Numbered from the stretch's first letter, positions 1 to 9,706 are shown. The stretch: 41,433 nt of DNA from Candidatus Nezhaarchaeota archaeon WYZ-LMO8 (GCA_004347965.1 QNVF01000004.1:1-41433); one strand, 5' to 3'. Numbers and translations: made by a program. Notes: a model not told the origin generated them from the letters alone.

Positions 1-299
1 ATAAGAGAGTGAAATTGTATTAGTAACCTTCTTGCTAATAATGGCTGTAGATTCGATGTTTTTGCATAGAGACTTACCGAGCAACATAACACCAAGTGTA
101 AATGATTCAAGAAGCATTTAAAGCGGATAGGGCACTGAAGCATTAGTTTAAAGTACTCTACCATCATTTTCGGCAGCTTCAACACTAATGAGCAAAAATG
201 TTGTGACAAGTACGTAGCCACTTAATTTCGTATGAGTATCGACAGCCATACCTAGAAGATACATGAAAAAGTAGAAGATGCTGAGATGTCGACTCACAC

Positions 300-1079
300 T
301 TACTCTTCAATTATTGCAACGGCTCTACACCATGCCGCAGATGCACGAGCTATCTTTATTGGAAAGCAAGCTACCTTGAATCCGTGGGGTCTTGGAACCT
401 TATCCAGGTTCGCTAGCTTCTCAATGTGACAGTACTCCTTCGTTATGGCTGCAAAGTGCGCTGGCCATATTACCCTGCCGTCTCTAGTTCGCTTGTAATC
501 ATCCGCCATGTACTTAAATGGCCTATCGAATGTGTAGGCATCAATGCCCATGACCTTGACGCCCTGCTCGACCAACCATAAGGTAGCTTCCATTGACATC
601 CCAGGCTGCTCGAAGTACTCCGGTGTCCCAGCATATTTATCACGGCCAGTCATTATGAGGACTATGTCATATGGCTTTATTGTGTACCCAATCTTGTCCA
701 GTACTCCCTTTAAGTCATCAACAGTGATGTACTCTCCAGGCTTCTTATGCCTAAGGTCCAAGATTACTCCATCAGAGTAGCACCATTCCAACGGCACCTG
801 ATCTATGGTCCTAGCGAGCTTACCCTCCGATATGGGGTGAAAATGCCACGGAGCGTCTAAGTGTGTACCCGTATGCGTTATGGCACTTACCTCCTCGATG
901 GACCATCCAAGTCCTCCAGAGTACACTAGGTCTCGTGGGTCCACTCCAAGCAGTCTTTGCATATCGATTGCCCCTTCTCTATGATCTACATACCTGATTT
1001 TTGGCCTATACAGCTCTGGCTCTAATGGAGAATTATGCTCAATCGGCAAACTTAAATCGATTATCTTGACCCTCCCCAT
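300..1079 (-). CDS. Cyclase family metal-dependent hydrolase (kynurenine formamidase-like)
   Basis: 259 aa ORF with family signature HTGTHLDAPWHF, N-terminal IIDLS, and C-terminal IEKLANL / FPIKI...RAVA. Confidence 0.88.
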   Translation of the reverse strand: MGRVKIIDLSLPIEHNSPLEPELYRPKIRYVDHREGAIDMQRLLGVDPRDLVYSGGLGWSIEEVSAITHTGTHLDAPWHFHPISEGKLARTIDQVPLEWCYSDGVILDLRHKKPGEYITVDDLKGVLDKIGYTIKPYDIVLIMTGRDKYAGTPEYFEQPGMSMEATLWLVEQGVKVMGIDAYTFDRPFKYMADDYKRTRDGRVIWPAHFAAITKEYCHIEKLANLDKVPRPHGFKVACFPIKIARASAAWCRAVAIIEE

Positions 1080-1488
1080 TACCCCAACACCAATTAGTTG
1101 TTATGCGTAGTGTAATGGTATAACAATTGCGCAAGCTCGATGAGAACCGGCACCATGCTCTGCAAAGCCTATTGATGGCGTGAGTAATTGGCTATAAAGC
1201 TCGGCTATTTGCTGTAGGCTAGACCTTAACCTGTCTCTAAGTGGGATTATGATGTGATTGCGAGTTAATTGCATGCTTGTATAGTGCAAGGGGTTAAAGC
1301 TAATCAATGCGCTATGGTCTTCCTTAAATGTAGAAGCCTTAGAACTTCGAAGATTCACCACGATGTATTATCACAAAATGCCGCTTCCAACGATTAAACA
1401 CCCCGACGATTAAACAAAGACACTGGCTTCGTATAACGACGATACTGTGATTAACTTAATAATACCTCTCAACTAAGATATTGAGGGG

Positions 1489-2676
1489 ATGTCCACGTCC
1501 TCTCTTAGGAGTTTTGAGCTAGTAAAGGATGTTTACTGGGTTGGAGCTAGAGATGTTAGTAGGAGACTGTTCGACTCACTGATTCCGTTGCCTCTCGGCA
1601 CTTCCTACAACTCGTACCTTATCGTTGATGAGTCCATAGCGCTAATCGACACCGTTAACCCCGGTTTTGAGGATGAGTTAATTGGTAGAATTCGAAGCGT
1701 AACTGATCCAAGCAGAATAGACTACGTAATCATGAACCATGCAGAACCAGATCACGCTGGTGCTATTCCAGCAGTATTAAGTATAGCTCCTAGAGCTAAG
1801 TTAGTTACAACGTCGACTGGAGCTAGGATGGCTAAGCTCTTCTATAAAGTACCAGAAAATAGAGTACAGGTGGTTAAGGATGGAGACTCAATAACTTTGG
1901 GTAAGAGGGTTTTGAAGTTCATCGAGGCCCCTATGTTGCACTGGCCTGAAACCATGTTCACTTACCTGCTTGAGGATAAGATACTCTTCACATGCGACTT
2001 CTTCGGTGCTCACGTAGCTCAGGGATTGTGGAGCGAGGATGTTGATGGTATAGCAACGCATGCGCAAAGGTATTTTGGGGAAATAATGATGCCCTTTAGA
2101 GCCAACGCGCTAAGCGCTTTGAAGAAGATCTCCGAGCTAGAGGTAAACATGATAGCACCATCGCATGGCCCAATATACAGGGAACCTAAAGAGATCATTG
2201 ATAGGTACTGGAAGTGGGCGCGTGGCGAAGTAGAGAAGAAGGTTGTTATAGCGTACGTATCTATGTGGGGCTACACTAGAAATATCGTTAAATTGTTCTC
2301 AGACGAGTTAGCTTCGGAAGGTATCAACGTGGTCCTCCATGACTTAGTCGTAGCGGACTTAGGTGATCTAGCAAAGGATTTAGTGGATTCAAGCGCTGTG
2401 GTCATAGCGACCCCTACAGTCATCACGCAGGCTCATCCATTAGCACTTCAGTTCGCTTACTTAGCTAAGCTACTTAGAGCTCCTACGAAGTACGCAGTCG
2501 TAATAGTCCTATACGCTTGGGGGAGCAATGCAGATAAGCAACTCGAAGAAGTGCTCAAAGACGCTAAGATCGAGTTAGTGGGGTCCATAAAGATCAACGT
2601 TGTACCTGACGTACAAGCCGCAAATAACCTGAAGGTGCTCGCTAAAGAGCTCGCTAAGAGAGTAATGTCGGGTTAA
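1489..2676 (+). CDS. fprA: Flavodiiron protein (type A flavoprotein; O2/NO reductase)
   Basis: GTSYNSYLI, diiron ligand motifs NHAEPDH, LHWPET, CDFFGAH and APSHG, followed by a flavodoxin domain (YVSMWGYT); GAGGGG RBS directly upstream. Confidence 0.92.
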   Translation: MSTSSLRSFELVKDVYWVGARDVSRRLFDSLIPLPLGTSYNSYLIVDESIALIDTVNPGFEDELIGRIRSVTDPSRIDYVIMNHAEPDHAGAIPAVLSIAPRAKLVTTSTGARMAKLFYKVPENRVQVVKDGDSITLGKRVLKFIEAPMLHWPETMFTYLLEDKILFTCDFFGAHVAQGLWSEDVDGIATHAQRYFGEIMMPFRANALSALKKISELEVNMIAPSHGPIYREPKEIIDRYWKWARGEVEKKVVIAYVSMWGYTRNIVKLFSDELASEGINVVLHDLVVADLGDLAKDLVDSSAVVIATPTVITQAHPLALQFAYLAKLLRAPTKYAVVIVLYAWGSNADKQLEEVLKDAKIELVGSIKINVVPDVQAANNLKVLAKELAKRVMSG

Positions 2677-2953
2677 GCGGTTATAGTCACTTAAGAGAGT
2701 CTAACGTAATTTCATCAATAATAAATAGGGTCTTAGTCGAGTCCCCCAACCGTGCATCGCTCTCAATACCTCTAAAGTTCAGCGTCTCACACAGCATCTA
2801 CATCTTCTTATCACCCTTGCTTAACTTATTTTATGTAACGCTGTTGATGCTCCGTGGCTCATTCGATTAGGGAGTCCTTGAGTCCCTCTTAGAAAGGAGG
2901 GTAATGTCGTTAACCCTCAAATCCCTTACGGTTTTGTTTAACAAAAGGGCAGA

Positions 2954-2961
2954 TTTAAATA
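2954..2961 (+). promoter_or_regulatory. Putative TATA box of the metalloprotease gene
   Basis: TTTAAATA ending 35 nt before the TTG start at 2996; flanked by the inverted repeat AGGGCAG/CTGCCCT. Confidence 0.45.
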
Positions 2962-2995
2962 GCAAGTGCTGCCCTCTACTTGCGAGGCTAAAAAA

Positions 2996-3784
2996 TTGAG
3001 GAAGCTAGTCCTAACGCTATTGATAGCGCTTTTGATTCTGTCTTCTACGCTTCACATAGCCTCAGCGATGGCTATGAGTAACGAGGATGATATGCCGAAG
3101 GAGTGGCTTGGGAGGAGGAAGGTCGTCGATAGGCTTGGAAGGTACACGAGGATTGCAATTATACACTACGTGGTGGACATAGGAGACCCAGATAGAGACG
3201 GTGCTGCTGACGGCTATGAGTTAATAGGAGTGCGTTGGAATCTTAGCAAGTATCTTAACGGCGTCCCCTACACAATAAATCCAAGCGGTGGAGTTAAGCT
3301 GGGGTTGAAGGAGACCTTAGTAGTGAATGAGATAAGACAAGCTGTGGAAGCTTGGGATCAAGTGGTCTCTGCTGAGCTATTCAACGACAATCCGCGAATC
3401 GATTATAAAGCTAAGGCTAGTATAGGAGCTCCTGATTTTAAGAACGTTATCACGTGGGGGCGTAGTCAGCCAGGTATTGTGGCGTACACGGTAATATGGT
3501 ACGACTCTTCCACTAGGGAGATAGTTGATGCGGACATAGTGCTTAACTCCTACTACAAGTGGGGGATAGCGGATGGAAATGAAACGACGATAGACTTCAC
3601 CAATAAATTCGATATTAGAAACGTAATGACGCACGAAGCTGGCCACTTCATTGGGCTAGACGACCTCTACGATCCGGAGTACTGGGCAATGACCATGTAC
3701 GGCTACACAAGCTACGGTGAAGAGATAAAACGTTCACTAGAGCCTGGGGACATAGCAGGAGCTCGAGCTATCTACGGTGAATAA
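2996..3784 (+). CDS. Secreted matrixin/M10-like zinc metalloprotease (metzincin)
   Basis: TTG at 2996 gives signal peptide MRKLVLTLLIALLILSSTLHIASA (ORF track starts at 2966); DADIVLN, zinc motif HEAGHFIGLDD, Met-turn TMYGY, C-terminal GDIAGARAIYG. Confidence 0.85.
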   Translation: MRKLVLTLLIALLILSSTLHIASAMAMSNEDDMPKEWLGRRKVVDRLGRYTRIAIIHYVVDIGDPDRDGAADGYELIGVRWNLSKYLNGVPYTINPSGGVKLGLKETLVVNEIRQAVEAWDQVVSAELFNDNPRIDYKAKASIGAPDFKNVITWGRSQPGIVAYTVIWYDSSTREIVDADIVLNSYYKWGIADGNETTIDFTNKFDIRNVMTHEAGHFIGLDDLYDPEYWAMTMYGYTSYGEEIKRSLEPGDIAGARAIYGE

Positions 3785-3838
3785 AAAACTACTAACATAC
3801 CTCCATGCTTTATGGAGGTATGTTAGTAGTTTTTTATT
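3780..3838. terminator. Perfect 27-bp inverted repeat (5-nt loop), probable bidirectional terminator hairpin
   Basis: AATAAAAAACTACTAACATACCTCCAT (3780-3806) - GCTTT - ATGGAGGTATGTTAGTAGTTTTTTATT (3812-3838); overlaps the protease stop codon; T6 tract on each strand. Confidence 0.6.
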
Positions 3839-4210
3839 ATTGAAATTACAGAACGCTAAATAGCATGTAAGGAAACTCTTTAATATCGCAGTTTTCGAAG
3901 GCTGCCTCATCGAGAGACACGCCAAGCTTCGAGTGAGACTAGGATCTCTATCGACGAGACACGTGGAAGAGAAGATATGCTTGGAAATACAACCGTGTTG
4001 TACGATCTCGAAAGCTTAAAAGCGCGAAGCCAATGCATGACGAAAGATTTGATGAAGCTTTAACCCCCTTTACTCTTCTTTCGTAAAGAATATAAATGTG
4101 GAGGTCGCCATGACGCTTTGGTGCACAGTCGTTGCCTGAAGATAGGATTAAAGTCGGGCGAATAGTCTCCAAACGTATTGGACGAGTTGGTAGAATTAAG
4201 GTGCGAGCTA

Positions 4211-4654
4211 ATGGCGGTGAGACTAAGGCTTAAAATCGTAGTAGATGAGAAAGCAACTGAGACTGTAGCCCTGCTAAACAGCGGTTATGAGGCCCCAACC
4301 CCTCAACTGCTCATCCCAATAAGCTTGGCTGCCAAGCTTAAGCTTTGGCCGCCAATTGAAGCTTCAGAGGTTATTCTCGACACTGCGGGTGGTCCGTTAA
4401 GAGCTTGGTTTTACCCCATGAAGGCTAAGGTTAGCATGATCGCTGAAGACGTGCATGGGAGGGGGGCGACTGCTGACGTAGTAGTCTCTTCTCTAGCTGA
4501 CGAACCTCTCATCAACGACAAGCTTGCAGATGAACTTGAGATAGCAGTAGGATCGTTTGGAAGAGGTCGATGGAGGTTTACGCGGGAGCCTAAGGAGAAG
4601 CTTAGAAGAAGTGAGAGAATAATCCAAATGCCTATTTCCAATGAAGGGTCTTGA
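4211..4654 (+). CDS. Retropepsin-like (clan AA) archaeal aspartyl protease family protein, NSG variant
   Basis: MAVRLRLKI...VALLNSGYE matches the ALxD[T/S]G motif with Asn for Asp; flap DTAGG; EPLIND..AD.L.I at the position of the LLG motif. ATG 4211 preferred over TTG 4178. Confidence 0.6.
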   Translation: MAVRLRLKIVVDEKATETVALLNSGYEAPTPQLLIPISLAAKLKLWPPIEASEVILDTAGGPLRAWFYPMKAKVSMIAEDVHGRGATADVVVSSLADEPLINDKLADELEIAVGSFGRGRWRFTREPKEKLRRSERIIQMPISNEGS

Positions 4655-4868
4655 TAGCACGTCAATGGTTTAAAGTTAAAATTAAAAACAAAAGCGTAGC
4701 TAGTGTTTTCATGAACGTGCCCATCATTTTAAGTAACATGCTAGCTACATACCCTAGCTACACTAGAGCGGAATTAGAGGAACGTATAAGAATATGGAGA
4801 TTGAGACCTCATAGCCCTTTTCATACTAAGTGAATGTAGCCCTAAGCCTTTCTATGCGCAACCTAATG

Positions 4869-5810
4869 TCAAGGTCCTAAAATCACCATTAAGATGTATG
4901 ATAAAGCCACGAGTATGGCTGTATACAACATTATCGCACCAATCACATCCCTCATACTCTTTGGATGACCTCCCACGATCTTCATAGGTAACATTATGAG
5001 CTTAGTTAGCGGTCTTGGTAGTGGTATCATAAATGGAGTTCTTTTGCGATATTCCTCATACCTTTCTCCATGCTTTTTAACTATCTCGATTTCTTCGAAG
5101 AGGGCTATCCCTATCACAATCATCGTCGATACGAGCCAGATAAGTGCTGGAGGGGTTGCAAGCGCTCCTTTTACGTAGGTCTTGTAGCTCACGAATATCA
5201 AGAGCCCATAACTCCAGAGAATGAAGCCGAGATACTGAGGATGTCTACTGTACTTGTAAATCCAGAAGTCTATCAGCTCATAACCCTTAAACCTTCCATA
5301 AAGCCACGTGGTTGCAGCTAATGAGAAGACTAGTAGCCCGATGAACGTGATTACCATCCCTATAAGGGGTGCGTATGGGATGACCGAGATCGGTATGTAC
5401 ACTATACACCCCAACTTTAAGATTGAAGGAGAGAATTCAAGTATTGGTAGCCAGAGAGCCCTTAAAGCTCCTAAACCAGTAAGAAAGAACATTGCAAACG
5501 CGAAGTAACCGAAGGTTGGAAGATATAGGGCTAGAGATCCTAAGAAGGTTAAGGCACTCTTTTTATTTATGAAGCCCAAGACTATTATAGTGATGGTTAC
5601 CGTTAGTGATGCATACCCAATAGGTCTTAGCGTGCTAAGCATCTTCTCTATTGCTTCAACATCGAAGAAGACTTCGGGGAAGTATTGGTGAAGCACCTTG
5701 TCTAAGAAGTTTGGTACCTCAAAGGTCAAGTAAAAAAGAGTAATCGTGAGCAAAACTGATAACACAATAGCACTCGCAAACCCCTTTCCATACATCTTAT
5801 TTAAAGCCAC
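4869..5810 (-). CDS. Isoprenylcysteine carboxyl methyltransferase/PEMT-like (DUF1295-type) multi-pass membrane protein
   Basis: Several hydrophobic helices; IYKYSRHPQYLG, FEEIEI..KHGERYEEYRKRTPFMIP. Confidence 0.75.
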   Translation of the reverse strand: MALNKMYGKGFASAIVLSVLLTITLFYLTFEVPNFLDKVLHQYFPEVFFDVEAIEKMLSTLRPIGYASLTVTITIIVLGFINKKSALTFLGSLALYLPTFGYFAFAMFFLTGLGALRALWLPILEFSPSILKLGCIVYIPISVIPYAPLIGMVITFIGLLVFSLAATTWLYGRFKGYELIDFWIYKYSRHPQYLGFILWSYGLLIFVSYKTYVKGALATPPALIWLVSTMIVIGIALFEEIEIVKKHGERYEEYRKRTPFMIPLPRPLTKLIMLPMKIVGGHPKSMRDVIGAIMLYTAILVALSYILMVILGP

Positions 5811-6318
5811 ATGTCATACACTATTCTAGAACGCTTAAAGCTTACGAAAAGCTTCATCGAGACCTAGAAGTTCATAAGGAGAGGATATCAATTTGATATC
5901 TTCACAGGAAAATAGGGGTCCTTCTACGTTAACAGTTTAAACGTCATGTGTACTGTCTCAACTATTATCTCTCAGTCGTTTTTGTGTGCGACTCTAAAGA
6001 TGGTGTTTCCCTACTTATAACCCTTCTTCGTTAAACCACTACGCACCCCAAAGTCCTAAAAAATGGCTCATGGAGACTACTCGCTATCATTAATGGTCTT
6101 CTGCATACCTATTATCTAAACCATACTAACGCTTATCTGACGAACTGACCTACAGCGTTTTTCATTTAGAGCGAGATTTAGAAGCGGAACCCTGGGTGTC
6201 ACGCTCTTTAGTGAGCTTTAGCATCTTATATACGGTACGTAGAGCTTAGTTCGCTCATGGATTCTAGCTGAAGCTCAAGCTAATGATTTACGTGGCTTGC
6301 AACATGTAAAAAAGAGGT

Positions 6319-7788
6319 TTATGGTAAAGTGCATTTACTGAGGTATGGCCACAAGCAGTCGCTCCACGCTTCTACATGGTATGTTACCCAACCAACACTG
6401 CTTGGAAGAGAGTACTGCATTCCACCAGGCCAGCAGTGCCCTCCACCGATAATCTCGAAGTACACCACCTGTACACCACCAACTCCCCCACTATAGACGT
6501 AACGGACAACAGCTGTGCGCTCACCTGTTGGTGGCCAGTAAACTCCCTTAGCTTTTGGATCCGGCCAGAAGGTTACTTCTGGTGTACGACTACAATTGAA
6601 TTGCTCTACTAAGTAGGTGACGGCCTTGCGGGCACGGAGGTGTTCATCGAATGGAGCGCCAAATAGCAATTCGTACGTGCCAGCAGTTATAACGAAAGTC
6701 ATGGGTCTCGGGAACTTCACTCCTGCATCAGCTAATGCAGCGAGAGATAGAGCTCCACTTATTATCCCCACGGCGGCAATTTTATGAGGTAAGTAGAGAG
6801 CGAGGTAAGTCGCCATCATTCCGCCAGCTGAAATCCCTACAACGTAAACGCGCTTAGTGTCTATGTTGTACTTCTCGCTCATCACATCGATCAGCTTAGA
6901 GATGAAGTTGACGTCTATGGTCACGTTAGCGCCAGCAACAACTCCTGGTATGTTCCATATGTAGCCGTAGCTGTCTGGGCATACTAGGATGAAGCCGAAC
7001 TTCTCAGCATAATCGTCAGCGCCCAATAAGTTAGCTAAGCCGCACGACCACGCTCCGTGAAGCGAGATTACGAGCGGCATGCGTTGAGTTCCATTGTAGT
7101 ATGAGGGTACGTAGTAGTGGTATGTCCTATTTAATCCATCAACAACTATTCGCTCGGACTTGTACGTACCAGGCTGATTGAATAGGTCTTTGTAGCGTGG
7201 ATCAGTTAGGGGGGTAGCGTTAGGATATAGGTATGGGAGTAGTGGGGTCATCACGGTCACATTCGTGGTCACTATCAATAGCTTAGGATCTGTACAGTAC
7301 ACCCCATAGGGAAGGCTGACAGTCGCCGTCGCTCTATATACTCCAGCTGTGTAAGGAGAGTACTTGTACTCTGGGAAGAGAGGGTCAGTTATAGAGGTCC
7401 AGTTTAGTGTTGACACAACCTTCGAGCCATTGCTCAATATCACGTTAGCGGTTTTAGGTAGCTTCGCCAACACCCCCTCAAGTGGAGTGAGCCATTCGAC
7501 TGTGACGTTTGCTACAGGTTCAACCCCAACAACGTAGACAGGAGCCTTAGCTGCCTTAACCGCCTCATCAATGGCTTTGGCAATCTCATCTTTAAGTGCC
7601 TTTATAGCACTAATGGCTTCTTTCTTAATTTCCTCGATAGCTTTAGATGCTTCTTCTCTTAGTGCTTCTTCAACAACCATCCTCTCTGCGGTTGCAGTCG
7701 TGTAGCCATAATAATAGCTTAGGTATGAAGCTAAGGCTAAGCATAGAACAACTACAATAAGAAGTAGCAATATCCTAGTCCTCTTCAT
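6319..7788 (-). CDS. Membrane-anchored esterase: N-terminal TM/signal, helical stalk, Ig-like (Big_4-type) domain, LpqC/PHB-depolymerase-family alpha/beta hydrolase
   Basis: MKRTRILLLLIVVVLCLALASY; LPKTANVILSNGSKVVSTLNWT Ig-like segment; RTYHYYVP, PLVISLHG, DVNFISKLID, nucleophile GISAGG, catalytic His in GGGHCWPGG. ATG 7788 preferred to TTG 7794. Confidence 0.8.
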   Translation of the reverse strand: MKRTRILLLLIVVVLCLALASYLSYYYGYTTATAERMVVEEALREEASKAIEEIKKEAISAIKALKDEIAKAIDEAVKAAKAPVYVVGVEPVANVTVEWLTPLEGVLAKLPKTANVILSNGSKVVSTLNWTSITDPLFPEYKYSPYTAGVYRATATVSLPYGVYCTDPKLLIVTTNVTVMTPLLPYLYPNATPLTDPRYKDLFNQPGTYKSERIVVDGLNRTYHYYVPSYYNGTQRMPLVISLHGAWSCGLANLLGADDYAEKFGFILVCPDSYGYIWNIPGVVAGANVTIDVNFISKLIDVMSEKYNIDTKRVYVVGISAGGMMATYLALYLPHKIAAVGIISGALSLAALADAGVKFPRPMTFVITAGTYELLFGAPFDEHLRARKAVTYLVEQFNCSRTPEVTFWPDPKAKGVYWPPTGERTAVVRYVYSGGVGGVQVVYFEIIGGGHCWPGGMQYSLPSSVGWVTYHVEAWSDCLWPYLSKCTLP

Positions 7789-8152
7789 ATCCAAATCCTC
7801 GCATCTACGTCTATTGCCTAGACTATTTTTAGTATCATTCCTGATAATTTAGGTTTTACGCTTATAGATGTATCAATCGAGGTCGTAGTTGCACCATGAT
7901 GAATGTCGTCCATATCCCTGCTATATCGTAAAGTTGCACGTAGATGTCGTAGTAGTGGTATTAATAGTACTAGCCAAGTCTACGTCCCATTATGAGGACA
8001 TCGAGTTGTCCTACCGATATTCGTCTTCAGAGACCTTTTACAGTGAAAGGTTAAGCCTTTGAAGGCCAGAATAACTTATGTTGTCCCTCATGGAGAAGGC
8101 ACAAAAAATTTTAAAATTCAAACAAAGTAAGCGATGTTAGGGTGGCAACTAT

Positions 8153-9358
8153 ATGTTTTCAGGCTTTGAGTTGACTGAAGAACAAAAATTGCTTCAAGAA
8201 GCAGTTCGCGAGTTCGCTAAAAAAGAGTTCACACCTGAAAGGTCGAGAGAGTACGAAGAGAAAGAGGAGTTTCCATGGGAGCTCTACAGGAAGATGTGCC
8301 AACATGGCTTTTTAGGTTTGAGAATACCTGAAGAGTATGGTGGGCAAGGCTATGGTCTAATAGAGGAACTAATAGTCACCTACGAAACTGCTAAGGCTGA
8401 TCCAGCACTTGCTAATGCTGTACACGCTGGACATTTTGGTACAAGCTTCCTCATCCACTTTGGAACGCATGAACAGAAGGCTAAGTGGCTGCCGAAGCTG
8501 GCTAAAGGTGAGATAACGAGTGCTGGAATGTTCACGGAACCAGCTGGTGGTAGCGATATAGCTCGGGTACTTGATACTAAGGCTGTAAAAGTCGGGGATA
8601 AGGTGTGGAGGATAAATGGAACGAAAACCTTCATAACAAACGCCACAACATTTAGTGTAGCGTGTGTTTTAGTGCAAACAGATCCCAACGCGAACCCTCC
8701 ATATAGGGGTCAGACGATATTTGTGGTTGAGAGAAAACCTGGAATTGATGCAACCCTTATAAAAGGTAAGATGGGTTGGCGTGCATCACCTACAGGCGAA
8801 GTCTCGTTTAGTGATGTGGAGGTAACAGACGACGATATCCTAGGTGGACCTCAGAATTTAAATAAGGGGTTCTATCAAGCAATAATGTTCTTGGATGAAG
8901 CTAGAGTTGGAATTGGATGTCTAGGTATAGCCACGGCCGAGGCAGCTCTTGAAAGAGCAGTGCAATACGCCAAGGAGAGGAAGGCTTTTGGAAGGAAGAT
9001 TGCTGGCTTTCAGGGTCTTGCGCATAGAATAGTGGAGATGGCAACCAGAATAGAGCTTGGAAAGTCAATGATATTTAGAGTTGCTAAAGTAGTTGAAAAA
9101 GCTCGAGAAGACAGGTCCCTCCTCGATGAAGCCATAAAGTTGGCATGCATGATTAAGTGGTATGGAGCTAGACTGGCTGTTGAAGCATGCGACTTAGCCA
9201 TCGATGTTCTTGGAGGGTATGGCTACATAGCTGAGTACGATGTTGAACGATGGTTCAGATTTGCAAAGCAACTTGAAATAGTAGAGGGTACAAAAGAGAT
9301 TCAGAAGAATGCTATAGCAAGGTATGTACTTGGAAGAGAAGCAGCACAATACTTCTAA
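8153..9358 (+). CDS. Acyl-CoA dehydrogenase family protein
   Basis: IPEEYGGQG, FTEPAGGSD, NGTKTFITN, KMGWRASPT, RKAFGRKI, LGGYGY, catalytic Glu in IVEGTKEIQK. Confidence 0.93.
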   Translation: MFSGFELTEEQKLLQEAVREFAKKEFTPERSREYEEKEEFPWELYRKMCQHGFLGLRIPEEYGGQGYGLIEELIVTYETAKADPALANAVHAGHFGTSFLIHFGTHEQKAKWLPKLAKGEITSAGMFTEPAGGSDIARVLDTKAVKVGDKVWRINGTKTFITNATTFSVACVLVQTDPNANPPYRGQTIFVVERKPGIDATLIKGKMGWRASPTGEVSFSDVEVTDDDILGGPQNLNKGFYQAIMFLDEARVGIGCLGIATAEAALERAVQYAKERKAFGRKIAGFQGLAHRIVEMATRIELGKSMIFRVAKVVEKAREDRSLLDEAIKLACMIKWYGARLAVEACDLAIDVLGGYGYIAEYDVERWFRFAKQLEIVEGTKEIQKNAIARYVLGREAAQYF

Positions 9359-9517
9359 AGCGCTTTTTTACACATCCCCTACATTGTTTTAGATCATCGA
9401 AAACGTATGCCGTCATGACCCATACATTTTCTCTTATGATTCACGACCATAGCAATGGCATGCAATCTACATATTGGACTCTTAAGAGCTTAAAGAAAAA
9501 GGAGGTTGTTGAATTTT

Positions 9518-9706
9518 TTAAATTTTGGGTTTATAGGTCTTTCTACAACCTTTAACCTCTACAACGACTTCACCAGAGGTCTCTAATTCCTTCAATGCTT
9601 TGGCTAGCTTGCCTTTGCTTAAACCTGTTAACTCAGCTATCTTAGTTGCAGGGAGACCTTGAGGGTTCTGCTTTAAGATCTCCTTTATTTTCTCAACTTC
9701 AGACAT
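9518..9706 (-). CDS. Small basic winged-helix DNA-binding protein (62 aa)
   Basis: ATG 9706 preceded by GAGGG; IKEILKQNPQGLPATKIAELTGLSKGKLAKALKELETSGEV is a typical wHTH pattern. Confidence 0.75.
   Translation of the reverse strand: MSEVEKIKEILKQNPQGLPATKIAELTGLSKGKLAKALKELETSGEVVVEVKGCRKTYKPKI

Noticed and set aside
1..117. Minus-strand frame open from ATG 117 to the window edge
   Set aside because: Only 39 codons visible, no motif; cannot be supported
1101..1361. 86-aa minus-strand ORF upstream of the cyclase
   Set aside because: No recognisable motif or RBS; lies in a divergent promoter region
3900..4210. Possible decayed gene upstream of the clan AA protein (and the 60-aa ORF 4651-4833 downstream)
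   Set aside because: Short frames with only vague similarity by eye; needs a translated search
7896..7960. ATGATGA box C-like motif suggesting a C/D sRNA
   Set aside because: No CTGA box D at a suitable distance and no terminal stem
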